Below, one piece after another: positions 44,669 through 55,708 of a stretch of DNA of 64,000 nucleotides. The notes below the pieces were generated by a model. It did not search any database and had not been told where the DNA came from. It saw only the letters and a list, made by a program, of their open reading frames with translations. The stretch is taken from positions 832,001-896,000 of the forward strand of contig CP060223.1 of the NCBI GenBank assembly GCA_023898465.1, given 5' to 3'. Every line of letters begins with the position of its first letter. Within the stretch, counting starts at the first letter, position 1. The DNA is from Candidatus Nomurabacteria bacterium. GTDB taxonomy: Bacteria; Patescibacteriota; Patescibacteriia; HK-STAS-PATE-3. Made by a program: the position numbers and the translations under genes.

Positions 44669-47600
44669 CTAGAATTTGCCAGTTACCACGTAAGTGATAT
44701 CGGTTGAGTAACTTCCAGCTGGGGTCGTACCAGCCGCATTAGCAATGTAATATATGCTGAAATTCTCAGTGGCCGTGCTACCAGCTTCTGAGGCAATGGT
44801 TGTGGTGGTATTTGCTACAAAGGAATAATCAGCTGGCGAAGTAGCATCATAACCAGAGGCGATGGTTGCGTCACCGTCTGTGGTACACGCAATGCCAAAC
44901 TGCTCACTCCCAGGTGCGCCATCATCATCATTGGAAATAGTGGCCGCATTAATATCATCAGACCCACTGGTAAGTAATGGTCCATAATAGGTAAGCGCAT
45001 ATCCATCATCCGCTGAGGTACGGACTGAAATAGTATGCGCCGAGGTTTTTGTACCCGTGCCTGATGCATCGCCGGTCGCGTATCTGGCGCCAGAGGTACT
45101 TAGAGGACCAAAGCCAACGCTGGTGTCAGAAATACTGAATTGCACTGCGTCAAAATCCCAGTTAGTTGTGTTTTGGCAATCAATATTTGAAACATGACTT
45201 GAATCAATCAAGTCACCGCCAGAAGCATCAGACCGACCCACATTTACAAACTTCACTGTTTGCGCGCCACTCACGTCAAGCAACCAGGTACCTGAACCCA
45301 AGCTAGAATTACGGAAAATTATTTCACTGCCATATGTCTGCCCATCCCAGTTAATATCATTCATGGTATAGGTTGAGCCAGAGTTATACTCTACTTTTAC
45401 ATCACTCGTAGTAATAGTGTATTCACCTGCTGTAGTTGCTGCCGCCGCAAAATCAACTCCAGGGGTAAAGGAAGCTGAACAACCAGAATACGACCCACTA
45501 CTGTTTTCAATTGCTAAGTCATAAAATGACGAAGCGCTTGTCATTGTTCCGGATAACGTTTGTAGCGAGGAACCATCTAAAACAACTCGGCTATTACCAT
45601 GAGTAAAGGTGTCACTATTTGCCCAATCACCGGCCAAAGTCAGCTCAGGTGAAAAGGCTGTAGAATTTACTTTTTGCTTTGTGCCACCTTCGTTTACACG
45701 TAAGGCAACCTGAGTTGGACTTGATCCTCCGCAAGAAGGAATAGCCAACCATATGGCAAACTCTACATAAAGCACTTGATTAGTAAGCGTTTCTTCTGGG
45801 ATGCCAGTAATAAAAATGGCATAGTCATTCGTTCCTGTGCTTATATTCACATTTTTCCATCCTGAGATTGCAACCGGATTTGCTAAGTCAGCATCAGCCT
45901 TCCATAATCTTGCGTTCACTTGACGTCGTCCGTATGAGCACGATCCGGCAGTATAGACCGTTGTGATATCTACCGACCAGGTACCAGCAGCGAAGGTTCC
46001 AGTAATTGGCTGACCATTGTTAAGCATCCATCCGGTATTAGTGATAGCACTCGGAATGCTTCCATCCCATGTGGTACTTGTATTCCCTGGCACAAAAGTA
46101 CAATATCCACTTTGACCTGTGCCGGTATCGTCGCATTTCGTCGTATCATTCGATGAGCCACTCGGGTCAACCGGCTTCATGCGCCAGCTCGAACCATAAC
46201 CACTCGTGTCACTGGTCAAATACCACGCTGTAGGACCACTCAGATCAAAGGTTCCGCCAGTAATGTTTACATCTCCGTTTATATCAAGAGGATAAATGGT
46301 TTTATAGGTAGCGCTCCCCCCAGCATCGTTAAGCTCAAGGTTATTTAAATTAGTTGCCGCTAGAGATGACGCTTCACTAGTGTCGATATATTGCGTGCCG
46401 CTTGTAGCATTCAATACTAAGTTACCAGTCGACTCAATAATAGTATCATTGTTGGTAAAGTTGCCAGCAACATACAAAGTATTTGCTCCATTAAAATCAA
46501 AGGTGCCGCCATAAATAGTGAGGTATCCATTGACATCCATGTCAGTCAGGAGATTCCACTCAGCCCCACCGCCGCTATCATTAAACTCAACATTATTAAA
46601 GAAGTCACTCCCTGTTCCATCTGCATCTATATCATAGGTACCGCTGCCCGCCTGGAAAAGCACATAGCCCGATGTATGAGAGAATGTACCATCGTTGTTC
46701 CAACCTCCACCTAATATCACAAATGATGACCCCACACTCAGGGTACTATTATCAATATGTACATCAGCTGCCTGAGTGGTAATGTTGCCGGCTGGCGCAT
46801 AGGTATCACCATTCCAAATATGCAGCTCAAAACCCGAATCAAAGGTTGCCGCTGATCCTGAAACACTATATTTAATATCATCGTCACCACTATCGCCGGT
46901 ATTTAGATTGGCGTTACTGATTGATCCAGTATCAGCTCGAACAATGACTGTATTCTGATACAGATCTATATCTGTCTTTGCCACACCATCAGACACAAGC
47001 ACAGTTGTTGCCTCCTCTGTTTCGTCATCGAGATATACAGTGACAATGTCGGTTGAGTTTGCTGGCACGCTTGTAATAGACCAAGCGCCGCTGCTGTCGG
47101 TAATTTCATCAGTGTAACTACCACTACCATTCACTTTCAGTGTGACCGTTTTGTTTACACCGCTCCCATCAAGTGGTGTAGTCCCTTCATTAGTATAGGC
47201 AATACCCGAAAGGTTAATGCCAGCCGCAAAAAGCCAGTTGGTGTTGTTTAGACAGTCAGTGTTTGTACCATCAGAAGCATCAATCTGATCACCACTAGAA
47301 GCGTCAGATCGGCCAACATTCACATAGGAAACTGCAGTTTGAGTACCCGAAACATCCAGCAGCCAAGTACCTGAACTTAAATTAGAGTTTCGGAAGATAA
47401 TATCATTACCAGTAGAAGCGCTCCAGTTAATATTTGTAATTGTATAAGTGGATCCGGAATTATATTCCACCTTCACGTTATTAGTCGTGATGGTGTAGTT
47501 ATTGCTTACTGTTGCGCTGTCAGCAAAATCAATACCGGGAGTGAAAGAGGTTGAACAACCTGAGTAGCTACCTGAACTGTTGGTAATGCTAAGATTATAG

Positions 47601-50600
47601 AAAGATTCTCCATCAGAGGTTATTGTTTGCGTCGAGGACCCATCAAGAATAACAGTTGACTGATCCGCGGTGAAAGTAGCGCTCCCACCAAAAATCATGC
47701 TCCCAGCTACATTAATTGTTGTTTCATCAGTCTCAACATCATCAGTGGCATCAAGTGTCCCATTAATAGTGAAAGTACTGTTAATATCCATTTCATATCC
47801 ATTAGTGTATAGGGTATCACCGGCGGCGATCGTTAAACTCAAGTAAGTCATATCAGTACCTAAGTTCAAACTGTCAGGAGAGGTACCAACCTGGACATTA
47901 CCTTGATTCTGCTTTGTCGCATTATTATCGTAAGCAAAAACATCTGCATCAAAAATCATTGTTCCACTACCAGTCGGACCGGTAAAAAGACCTCCGCTCG
48001 CCAAAGTGAAATCGCCAGCGATATTCATATTGACATTAGCATCGGCAGTGAAGCTCCCTGCGCTAACATCAAAAGTGCCATTCACATCCATGGCATCGGT
48101 ATTACTAATACTGCCACCAGTCACATCAAAATTTTGCAGGGCGGTAGTCGCCGATGTGAGCGTCTTTGACGTGCCATCCATCTCAAGGATGTTACCTGTA
48201 GAAATAGTAGTGGTCCCATCACTTAAATCAATATTTCCCGAGACGGACCAAGTGCCTGCTCCAGTAACTATCTGACCGTTACTCGAACCAAGCTTCACAT
48301 AAGAGACATCACCTGTAATTGAAACATCAGGGTCATTGTTATCACCGGTTAATGCAACAACTTGATTGTCTTCAACGGTTACTATTAAGGATCCGCTAAT
48401 AGTATGCGTACCAGCGCCCATATCGACCAACACACTAGTGAAGGAGGTGCCATTTGTATACACTTCTACATCATTACCGTAGGTACGAGCCGGCATGGTC
48501 ATATTACCTCCAGCACCAGCATCAAAACGAACAACTGAGGAGAGGGTGCCGCCTGTTGGAATTGTTGTCGTTGTTGCTACGGTTAAGCGTCCCGCTCCAG
48601 TAATTGAACCTGATAAAGTAAAACTTGACCCGGACCAGGTAACGGTACGACCTGATGAAATGCTTAAGGTGTCACTACTAGAAACAACTAAACTATTCGT
48701 AATCTCCACATCGCTTGTCTGCACGGTGATCGTGCCTGTTGAGCTAGGATCAACTGTAAAATTATACAGACTGTTTCCACCACCGCTGAACGTTTCTGCT
48801 GTTCCAGTCATTTTTAAATCCGCTGTAGAAACGACACTATAGGTGCCGTCCTGAAAATCAATACTACCCGCCACACTCCATGCGCCAGTGCCTGGCTCAA
48901 GGTCCTCGGTGCCTGTACCAACACCTGTGAAATCAATATCTCCTCCAATAGTAACAGTTGGGTTATTTGTTGAACCGTAAAAGTGAATATCACTACCATT
49001 TGCCGCGTTTAGAGTGAAATTATCTGATACAATAATACTGCCGGATCCACCAGTCACACTCGTCGTGCCGCCAAAAGGAGCGTTATTGTAAAGTTCCACA
49101 TAGCCTCCGTAGGTCCTCGCTGACATTGTCTGGTTATTACTCGTGGCATCAAAGCGTAGATTTGCTGAAAAGGTTCCAGTCGTGGGGAAGGCGGTAGTAG
49201 ATGTATAGATAAGTAAGCCAGCTCCTGAAATAATGCCTGATAAGGTTAAGGTGGATCCGCTATGTGTTAAGGTACGGCCGGTATCAATAACGAGTTGATC
49301 ATTTGATCCGACATCTAAAGTGCCACTCACTGTCAGGTCCGAAGTTTGCAAAGTGGTGGCTCCGCCAAATAGTGCATCAATGGTGAGATTATAAAGAGTG
49401 TTTCCGCCTCCAACTATAGTCACAGCGGTGCCGCTCATAACAACGGTTGAAGTTCCAGCTGTTACTGTTCCACCAGCCATATTAAGGTTGCCAGTTATGT
49501 TGTGACTTTCACTAGAAAGAGTAACAGTGCCTGAGAGCGTGAGATTTTTATATATGTTTCCTGCAATTGTTAGCGTCCCACTCCCATCCATCACTAGTGT
49601 ATTTGTACCTTCAATGGTATAGGTGCCGTTCGTAAAGTCAGCGCTACCTGAAACAGTCCAGGTCCCGGCCCCTGAGGTAATTGTTTCAGTTCCAGCCCCT
49701 GCTCCAGTGATAAAGTCTAGATCGCCTCCGATATTTACATCAGGATCATTGGTAGCCGCATCAACCGTAACAGAACAGTTACTGTATCCTTCGATTTCAA
49801 GATTTCCATCAATCGTAATGGTCTGACTACCCGCAGATCCAAAATTAACTTCTCGAGAACTCAGACCGCAGTCAGCCTGAATATAGATACTACCCCCAAA
49901 GGTTCTGCCTGGAATAGTATGGTCAGCGGTTGTTGGGTAAAAGAAAACATTCGCGTCCATGGTCCCGGTGGACGGAAAAGTTGCTGGGGTATAGTAATAG
50001 ACATACGCATTACCGCTGATGGTTCCGTTCAACACGAGTGAGGTGCCGGTATCATTATATAAATCAAAGTAAGACCCTGACTGAAGTGCTGCTTCATCAT
50101 TCGCGGCAACGGTTAAGGTATTATCAACAGCCACGCCATCATTAATAGTGATCGTCCCTGCCGAGCTGGGATCAATCTCTAAATCATAGAATGTGGCGCC
50201 ATTTGCCCAAATATTTCCACTAGTGCCAGTCATGACAAAGGTATGCCCAGTGGCAATATTTGTTGCCCCAGGGTCACGGAGATCAAGATTACCGCCGATC
50301 GACCAGGTACCACTACCGGTCGTAATATGTTCAAAAGAGCCTGGTCCATCTTCACGATCTAAATCGCCACCAATAACCAGATCGGGATTCCAAACCGAAC
50401 CATCTATAGTTGCCGATGAACTCTGCGCATAAATTAAAAAGCTTCCGTTAATAGTAATGGTTTGTGAGGCAGCACTCCCTAATATCAACTTATAAGAAGA
50501 AAGACCTCCTTGATAGTATTCCACATCACCCTGGTAGGTACGTGCAGTCATGGTTCGATCAGCAGATCCAGAATAGTACTGCAGTAACGCGCTAATAACT

Positions 50601-53600
50601 CCCGTTGTAGGGAAGAGTTCGCTTGTCTTATAAATAACTTTTCCAGATCCTGAAATTGTACCGTCGAGAGAGATCGCCGTTCCTGTTGTCCTAATTAAAT
50701 TAACAGTCCGGCCACTATCAATTACTAATTCACCATTACTCGAGACAGTTAATACCTCTGAGATTGAAAAATCAGAAGTCTGCATAGTAATTGTTCCTGC
50801 AGAGCTTGGACTAATACTAAGATTACGTAGGGTGCGATTATCTGCCACAATGGTATTACTCGTACCCGTCATAACAAAGAGATTTCCAGATGATGAGCTT
50901 AAATTACCATTGGAGAAATCAATATCCCCTCCAACAGTCCAAGTGCCACTGCCTGTTAAAATATATTCCTGCCCGGACCCAACCCCAATATACAAAAGAT
51001 CACCGCCTATGTTTACGGTAGGATTATAGGTGGTGCCATAAATATATTGGTAATTGGTACCTGCAGCATTTATCCATAAATCACCGTCGATGGTTACTGT
51101 TTGACCTGACGAACTGCCCATATACATCACACGAGCAGTGCTTCCACTGTTGTACGCTTCCACACTACCTCCATAGGTACGACCACTTAAACGAGGATTT
51201 CCGTTAGTTGTATCCATGCGAAGATTCACGCTGATAGTGCCTGTAGTAGGAAAGTTAGTTGTCGACGCATAGCTCACCCATCCACTACCACTTAAAATCC
51301 CGTTGAGCGTAAGCACGGTGCCTGTTGTCTTTGAGAGCGTTATAAATACAGCGCTATCTAAACTAAATGTGTCGCTGGTTTGGACGGTCAAAGCGTTGCT
51401 AATGGTGAAGTCATTAGTGTTCGCAGTGATAGTTCCAGTTGAGCTTGGATTAATAACCACATTATAGTGTTGCTGATCGGTATTGAAGGTATTGCTGGTG
51501 CCGGTCATTGTGAGCGTACTAGTATTACTCGTCAGCCCTCCACTGCTTGTCATGGTGTAATTTCCTCCTACGGAAATACTGGCCGAACCAGCATATACAA
51601 CCGCGCCGCTTGAAGTATGAGAGAAATTTCCACTGATTGTTACAGGTGTTTTAGTAATCGTGAGACTGCCGGACATGCTCGTCACTGAAATGCTTGCCAC
51701 GGTTGCAACCGCACTAGTATCCCAGTCCGAGTTATCATTACTGGTACCGTCAAAAATTATATCGTCACTGGTGCCTGGACATGTATCGTTATTCCAGTTT
51801 GCACATTCAGACCAGCTGGCAGTTGTTCCATCACCATCCCATGTCTTGGTTGCGTCAGCCGCGATCTGCCAGAGTCGAGCTTCAGTAAACGCAATGCTCT
51901 CATCTCTACGAGTAAACTGCAGCGGTCCCAACTGATAGAAGAATGGTGAAACATTTGGTGCATCAAAAGTGTAAGCAAGGGTATATTCCTCTCCTGCTAG
52001 CCAATCCACTTCCCATTGAATAATGCGATGTCCATCTTGCGGATCACTTACCGTGCCATCGCCACTGATAGCACTTATCGCAAAGGTATCCGGAACCTCT
52101 TCGGTAACTATTCCCTGAAAACCCTCGCTAGTTTGAACGGTAAACTGTACCGGGTATTGAGCGGGAGGATAAATGCGTGTAGGAAACTCTGTGCGCTGTA
52201 CTGAAAAAGGCACTACATCCGCCAGAGAAAAATGATCTTGAATTTGTCGCGTGCCATCCTTGGTAGTGGCTTGTACATCAACTTGATATTCACCTTCTTG
52301 AGTCCCAGTGTAGAAGAATGAATAATCCGGCTCGTTTGTCACGCTTTTATCTACACAATCAGGGTTCTTTTCAATCGTCGCGTCGCTGGTATGAAATACT
52401 GAGGCACTGCCTGATGGATCAGTTACGGTGACATCAATATTTGCATCGCAAACTGTTCGCCCTAAATCATCCACTACTGCTAAGTGCACTTTTTGTGCCG
52501 TGTTTGTCGGGGCTAAAGACTGTCGTACATTTACTGCTACTACGCCCCAATAAAAAGTTTGTGTAAGCACTTTATCTTCCCCTAAGGCAGTCGTCGCAAT
52601 CTCAACTTCATACTTACCTGGTCGCCCAAAATCAGCTTCACTGAAACGAAGCTCTAGCTCCCCCTCAGCAGTGAGTACTTCACTCGGATCAGATTGAATT
52701 TCTTCACCAACAGGCGTACGCAACTTCACCTCTTTAACTAAAACAGTTGAGACGGGTGATTGCTTTGTTGTCTCAACCGGGTGCATCGCTTTCAGTTTCA
52801 TCACCGGCTCTTCATCAGCTTGAATAACCTGTGTTTCAGTTTCCAAACTTAGATCATCGCTAGAAGGAAGTGGGATAAAGATGGGTGTTTCATTTGTCCT
52901 TTCATCTACGTGTAGCTGCCACGCGTGCTGCTCAGACCAGCTACTTCCATAGGTCTGATTATTTCGAAACTCGGCAAAGCCATCGGCACGAAGCGGACCA
53001 AGAACAAAAGATTGAGGTGTCTGCTCCGGGGCTTTCACGACATAGGAGAGGCTAGCTGATTCACCTTTTTTCCAAACTACAGACCACTGCAACTCATCGC
53101 CAATTTGCTTTCCCCCTTGCCCAACACTACTTATTTTTAAATTGGCAGGTATGGGCTCTACAACGGTGCCAATATAGTCGTCTCCAACCACAAATTCTAA
53201 AAAGACATCGTAACTCTGTTTAGGCACCAAGCGGGTTGGAGCGATTCGCGTCAGCTGCAAATTTGTCTGCTCAACAACCTCTAAAGTGCTTTGCGCTCGA
53301 TATGTGCCAGCGTATGAGGATGCATCTAAGCGTATTCGATACTCGCCAACTTCATCGAGAGGAAAGGAGGCCAAATAATCGGCCACGCTACTCACTACAT
53401 CAGGACTGCAGTCCTCTGAGCGCTGGATACCTTCAGTCAATGCATAGTCATTGTGCACACCTGATGGTGAAATCGTCTCAATATGCACATCCGCATTGCA
53501 AATTGTCCTACCATTATTATCAAGAAATCCTAGGGAAAGTTGCGCAGTATCATTTAATTGATAGACTGATCGAGCGTCGTTCATAATAACCACTCCCCAG

Positions 53601-54697
53601 TCAAAAGCCTTACGAATGGTTTGCACTACGTCATCTTGCTGCAATGTAAAGACGGCAATATAGCGACCGGGTGTATGAAAATTTTCCCTATCAAATGACA
53701 CTAGGGTTTGCTGACCCCCGCTCACTTTTTCTGCAGTAGTATGTACTGCGGGGTGATATTCCTTATCATCAGGATCGATGAGAGAAACGGATTGAATGTT
53801 GCGTTGGAGTGGCTTCACACCCAAGAAGCCAAACGATGAATTTTCTTCAGTTTGGATTTTTACTTGCGGAGTATCGAGTGAGAAAAAGGTTGTCGCGTCC
53901 ATTTGCACATATTCACCTAAGCGCAAGCTTGTCTTTGCTTCTCGTCGATAGGTGAGTTGGAGGCGAGCGCCATCAAAATAGGCTGTAGCTGAGTCAAGCG
54001 GCGGCTCTGGAATATATCGTACGCGCACCATAAAATCCTTCGCTTGGGTAAGTGCATCAATGCCATCGATGTGATAAGTCCAGTATCCACTGTGTCGTGC
54101 ATTACTTTGCTCTTCCAGAAGCGCAAAAGAGTCTAGGGAAATCCAATTAATTCCACCGTCAATTGAATACGCAAAAACTACAATATCCTCGTTATTTGCA
54201 TAAGTATTTGCCGCGAAAGAAAGATCAAGCATGGCATCAATATCAACTGCATCAGCTGGAATAGCATCAGAAAAAGCAAAATCCCCGCAGGTCAACCAAG
54301 CCTCGCCATTCTGTAAGGGCTGCGCATCTATGTTATCAGGACTGTTTTGAAACCAAGCCGCATTCTCACGCGTAAAATCGCCTGCATCAGCAGATCCAGG
54401 CAAATCAAGCTCCTGGGCTCCTTCGGTAAAATTCCATCCTTCGCAAGACCCGGGATTAAGTTGGACTGCACTTTCGCCAGCTACCAACATTTTTTGTCGG
54501 ACGTAGTAGGCGCTCTGAAAATCAACCGGCTGCAATGCGGGCAAAAGAAATAGTCCAGCCACAAGCAGGGTAAAAATACCAAGCAATCCTAGCGCTTGGC
54601 CGGTATGAACTACCTGCGTATGCATCTGCAATTGTGCCTTCGGATTTTTCTTTGTTCTTTGACGTGGTGTCGGCACCGAAGCCCCCTCGAAAAGCAA
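44669..54697 (-). CDS. Giant (3342 aa) surface adhesin-like protein: N-terminal TM/signal, two ~350-aa N-modules, about seven ~135-aa tandem repeats, S/T/G/N-rich filler and the same WxL-like C-terminal domain
   Basis: Single 10-kb ORF. The repeat unit (TMTGTSNTF...GTIT.QTSDF.IS..LTV....L.IDSGRTV...GT...L.G.ISG.G...Y.....FPTTGT) recurs over roughly 48.4-51.7 kb. C-terminus ...SVGFGPLSTSGARYATGD...AHTISVRTSADDGYALTYYGPLLTSG...YSTDITYVVTGKF. Confidence 0.75.
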   Translation of the reverse strand: MLFEGASVPTPRQRTKKNPKAQLQMHTQVVHTGQALGLLGIFTLLVAGLFLLPALQPVDFQSAYYVRQKMLVAGESAVQLNPGSCEGWNFTEGAQELDLPGSADAGDFTRENAAWFQNSPDNIDAQPLQNGEAWLTCGDFAFSDAIPADAVDIDAMLDLSFAANTYANNEDIVVFAYSIDGGINWISLDSFALLEEQSNARHSGYWTYHIDGIDALTQAKDFMVRVRYIPEPPLDSATAYFDGARLQLTYRREAKTSLRLGEYVQMDATTFFSLDTPQVKIQTEENSSFGFLGVKPLQRNIQSVSLIDPDDKEYHPAVHTTAEKVSGGQQTLVSFDRENFHTPGRYIAVFTLQQDDVVQTIRKAFDWGVVIMNDARSVYQLNDTAQLSLGFLDNNGRTICNADVHIETISPSGVHNDYALTEGIQRSEDCSPDVVSSVADYLASFPLDEVGEYRIRLDASSYAGTYRAQSTLEVVEQTNLQLTRIAPTRLVPKQSYDVFLEFVVGDDYIGTVVEPIPANLKISSVGQGGKQIGDELQWSVVWKKGESASLSYVVKAPEQTPQSFVLGPLRADGFAEFRNNQTYGSSWSEQHAWQLHVDERTNETPIFIPLPSSDDLSLETETQVIQADEEPVMKLKAMHPVETTKQSPVSTVLVKEVKLRTPVGEEIQSDPSEVLTAEGELELRFSEADFGRPGKYEVEIATTALGEDKVLTQTFYWGVVAVNVRQSLAPTNTAQKVHLAVVDDLGRTVCDANIDVTVTDPSGSASVFHTSDATIEKNPDCVDKSVTNEPDYSFFYTGTQEGEYQVDVQATTKDGTRQIQDHFSLADVVPFSVQRTEFPTRIYPPAQYPVQFTVQTSEGFQGIVTEEVPDTFAISAISGDGTVSDPQDGHRIIQWEVDWLAGEEYTLAYTFDAPNVSPFFYQLGPLQFTRRDESIAFTEARLWQIAADATKTWDGDGTTASWSECANWNNDTCPGTSDDIIFDGTSNDNSDWDTSAVATVASISVTSMSGSLTITKTPVTISGNFSHTSSGAVVYAGSASISVGGNYTMTSSGGLTSNTSTLTMTGTSNTFNTDQQHYNVVINPSSTGTITANTNDFTISNALTVQTSDTFSLDSAVFITLSKTTGTVLTLNGILSGSGWVSYASTTNFPTTGTISVNLRMDTTNGNPRLSGRTYGGSVEAYNSGSTARVMYMGSSSGQTVTIDGDLWINAAGTNYQYIYGTTYNPTVNIGGDLLYIGVGSGQEYILTGSGTWTVGGDIDFSNGNLSSSSGNLFVMTGTSNTIVADNRTLRNLSISPSSAGTITMQTSDFSISEVLTVSSNGELVIDSGRTVNLIRTTGTAISLDGTISGSGKVIYKTSELFPTTGVISALLQYYSGSADRTMTARTYQGDVEYYQGGLSSYKLILGSAASQTITINGSFLIYAQSSSATIDGSVWNPDLVIGGDLDREDGPGSFEHITTGSGTWSIGGNLDLRDPGATNIATGHTFVMTGTSGNIWANGATFYDLEIDPSSAGTITINDGVAVDNTLTVAANDEAALQSGSYFDLYNDTGTSLVLNGTISGNAYVYYYTPATFPSTGTMDANVFFYPTTADHTIPGRTFGGSIYIQADCGLSSREVNFGSAGSQTITIDGNLEIEGYSNCSVTVDAATNDPDVNIGGDLDFITGAGAGTETITSGAGTWTVSGSADFTNGTYTIEGTNTLVMDGSGTLTIAGNIYKNLTLSGTVTLSSESHNITGNLNMAGGTVTAGTSTVVMSGTAVTIVGGGNTLYNLTIDALFGGATTLQTSDLTVSGTLDVGSNDQLVIDTGRTLTHSGSTLTLSGIISGAGLLIYTSTTAFPTTGTFSANLRFDATSNNQTMSARTYGGYVELYNNAPFGGTTSVTGGSGSIIVSDNFTLNAANGSDIHFYGSTNNPTVTIGGDIDFTGVGTGTEDLEPGTGAWSVAGSIDFQDGTYSVVSTADLKMTGTAETFSGGGNSLYNFTVDPSSTGTITVQTSDVEITNSLVVSSSDTLSISSGRTVTWSGSSFTLSGSITGAGRLTVATTTTIPTGGTLSSVVRFDAGAGGNMTMPARTYGNDVEVYTNGTSFTSVLVDMGAGTHTISGSLIVTVEDNQVVALTGDNNDPDVSITGDVSYVKLGSSNGQIVTGAGTWSVSGNIDLSDGTTTISTGNILEMDGTSKTLTSATTALQNFDVTGGSISNTDAMDVNGTFDVSAGSFTADANVNMNIAGDFTLASGGLFTGPTGSGTMIFDADVFAYDNNATKQNQGNVQVGTSPDSLNLGTDMTYLSLTIAAGDTLYTNGYEMDINSTFTINGTLDATDDVETDETTINVAGSMIFGGSATFTADQSTVILDGSSTQTITSDGESFYNLSITNSSGSYSGCSTSFTPGIDFADSATVSNNYTITTNNVKVEYNSGSTYTITNINWSASTGNDIIFRNSNLSSGTWLLDVSGTQTAVSYVNVGRSDASSGDQIDASDGTNTDCLNNTNWLFAAGINLSGIAYTNEGTTPLDGSGVNKTVTLKVNGSGSYTDEITDSSGAWSITSVPANSTDIVTVYLDDETEEATTVLVSDGVAKTDIDLYQNTVIVRADTGSISNANLNTGDSGDDDIKYSVSGSAATFDSGFELHIWNGDTYAPAGNITTQAADVHIDNSTLSVGSSFVILGGGWNNDGTFSHTSGYVLFQAGSGTYDIDADGTGSDFFNNVEFNDSGGGAEWNLLTDMDVNGYLTIYGGTFDFNGANTLYVAGNFTNNDTIIESTGNLVLNATSGTQYIDTSEASSLAATNLNNLELNDAGGSATYKTIYPLDINGDVNITGGTFDLSGPTAWYLTSDTSGYGSSWRMKPVDPSGSSNDTTKCDDTGTGQSGYCTFVPGNTSTTWDGSIPSAITNTGWMLNNGQPITGTFAAGTWSVDITTVYTAGSCSYGRRQVNARLWKADADLANPVAISGWKNVNISTGTNDYAIFITGIPEETLTNQVLYVEFAIWLAIPSCGGSSPTQVALRVNEGGTKQKVNSTAFSPELTLAGDWANSDTFTHGNSRVVLDGSSLQTLSGTMTSASSFYDLAIENSSGSYSGCSASFTPGVDFAAAATTAGEYTITTSDVKVEYNSGSTYTMNDINWDGQTYGSEIIFRNSSLGSGTWLLDVSGAQTVKFVNVGRSDASGGDLIDSSHVSNIDCQNTTNWDFDAVQFSISDTSVGFGPLSTSGARYATGDASGTGTKTSAHTISVRTSADDGYALTYYGPLLTSGSDDINAATISNDDDGAPGSEQFGIACTTDGDATIASGYDATSPADYSFVANTTTTIASEAGSTATENFSIYYIANAAGTTPAGSYSTDITYVVTGKF

Positions 54698-54825
54698 AAA
54701 AAGTTGTTACATTATACCATTTTTTGCCTGTAACGTCGATTAAAGAAAAAGGGAATATAGCACCGTACTATCACAAGACAGCCATGCGGTCATGGAAGAG
54801 ATAATTTAAACAAAGTTCCTTTGTG

Positions 54826-55218
54826 CTATTTTTTCTCCTGGAAGTCTAGGGCCAGAGAATTAATGCAATAGCGTAAACCGGTTTTATCGCTCGGCCCATC
54901 GTTAAAGACGTGACCAAGGTGTGCACCGCATTGTGCACAAAGCACCTCAGTGCGACGCATACCCATACTCATATCCTCTTCTTCTTTTATCGCACCGGGT
55001 TTAGCCATTTCCCAAAAGCTTGGCCAGCCAGTGCCTGAATCAAACTTGGTGTCCGAGGCAAAAAGCTCATTACCGCATACTGCGCAATGATACATACCGG
55101 CAGACTTATTATGTAAATACTTCCCACTACCAGGTGCTTCTGTTCCTTTTAGGAAGCAAACATTGTACTGCTCGGGTGTAAGTTTTTCCTTTGCTTTTTC
55201 AATCTCTGGCTGATCCAT
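54826..55218 (-). CDS. msrB: Peptide-methionine (R)-S-oxide reductase MsrB
   Basis: CAVCGNELF...GWPSF...[16 protein letters not shown]. Both zinc CxxC pairs and catalytic region are conserved. Confidence 0.9.
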   Translation of the reverse strand: MDQPEIEKAKEKLTPEQYNVCFLKGTEAPGSGKYLHNKSAGMYHCAVCGNELFASDTKFDSGTGWPSFWEMAKPGAIKEEEDMSMGMRRTEVLCAQCGAHLGHVFNDGPSDKTGLRYCINSLALDFQEKK

Positions 55219-55222
55219 AGCT

Positions 55223-55675
55223 TTACTTTACTACAGCGCACCATCTCTGAAAAGTACTGTCTCCACTATGCCAGCGAAGTGAAAAATCACCTAATTTCAT
55301 TACAAATGGTTTACGATAAAGCGGATCAAGAAGAATAATCTCCTGCTGAGTAATTTTTTTTACAATAGCGTAATGACCAACATTATCAACGGGCTCAGTA
55401 AAATTAACAATGACCACGACGTCTTGTCGTAACGCTTTTTGAAGCTGAGGAAGGCTCATGCGTTGCCGCACCCTTGCCTTTGGAAAGTATTTTTTTAGAA
55501 AAGTGCGCATGTCACTCTGTGCGGTTCCGTCTTTCTTGGTGGTATGTACTTGCCTGGCAATTTCGACCTGAGTCATGCCAATACGAAATGCGGCCAAAGT
55601 CATTTGCAAAACAGCTGGTCCACAATAATAGTCATTTGGCTGCAAAAAATGAGGGATTTGTCTGGGCATAGACAC
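55223..55675 (-). CDS. Standalone peptidase C39-like (papain-fold cysteine peptidase) domain protein
   Basis: [12 protein letters not shown] (catalytic Cys context) and VGHYAIV (His) at domain-appropriate spacing. 150 aa. Confidence 0.55.
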   Translation of the reverse strand: MSMPRQIPHFLQPNDYYCGPAVLQMTLAAFRIGMTQVEIARQVHTTKKDGTAQSDMRTFLKKYFPKARVRQRMSLPQLQKALRQDVVVIVNFTEPVDNVGHYAIVKKITQQEIILLDPLYRKPFVMKLGDFSLRWHSGDSTFQRWCAVVK

Positions 55676-55708
55676 ACCCTACGGCTTCTCTTGTTTTTTT
55701 GCAACTGG

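Noticed and set aside
44815-54553. Numerous 60-120-aa ORFs on both strands inside the giant adhesin gene
   Set aside because: All lie within or antisense to a continuous 10-kb ORF with strong repeat-driven periodicity. They are artefacts of the low-complexity S/T/G/N-rich coding sequence.
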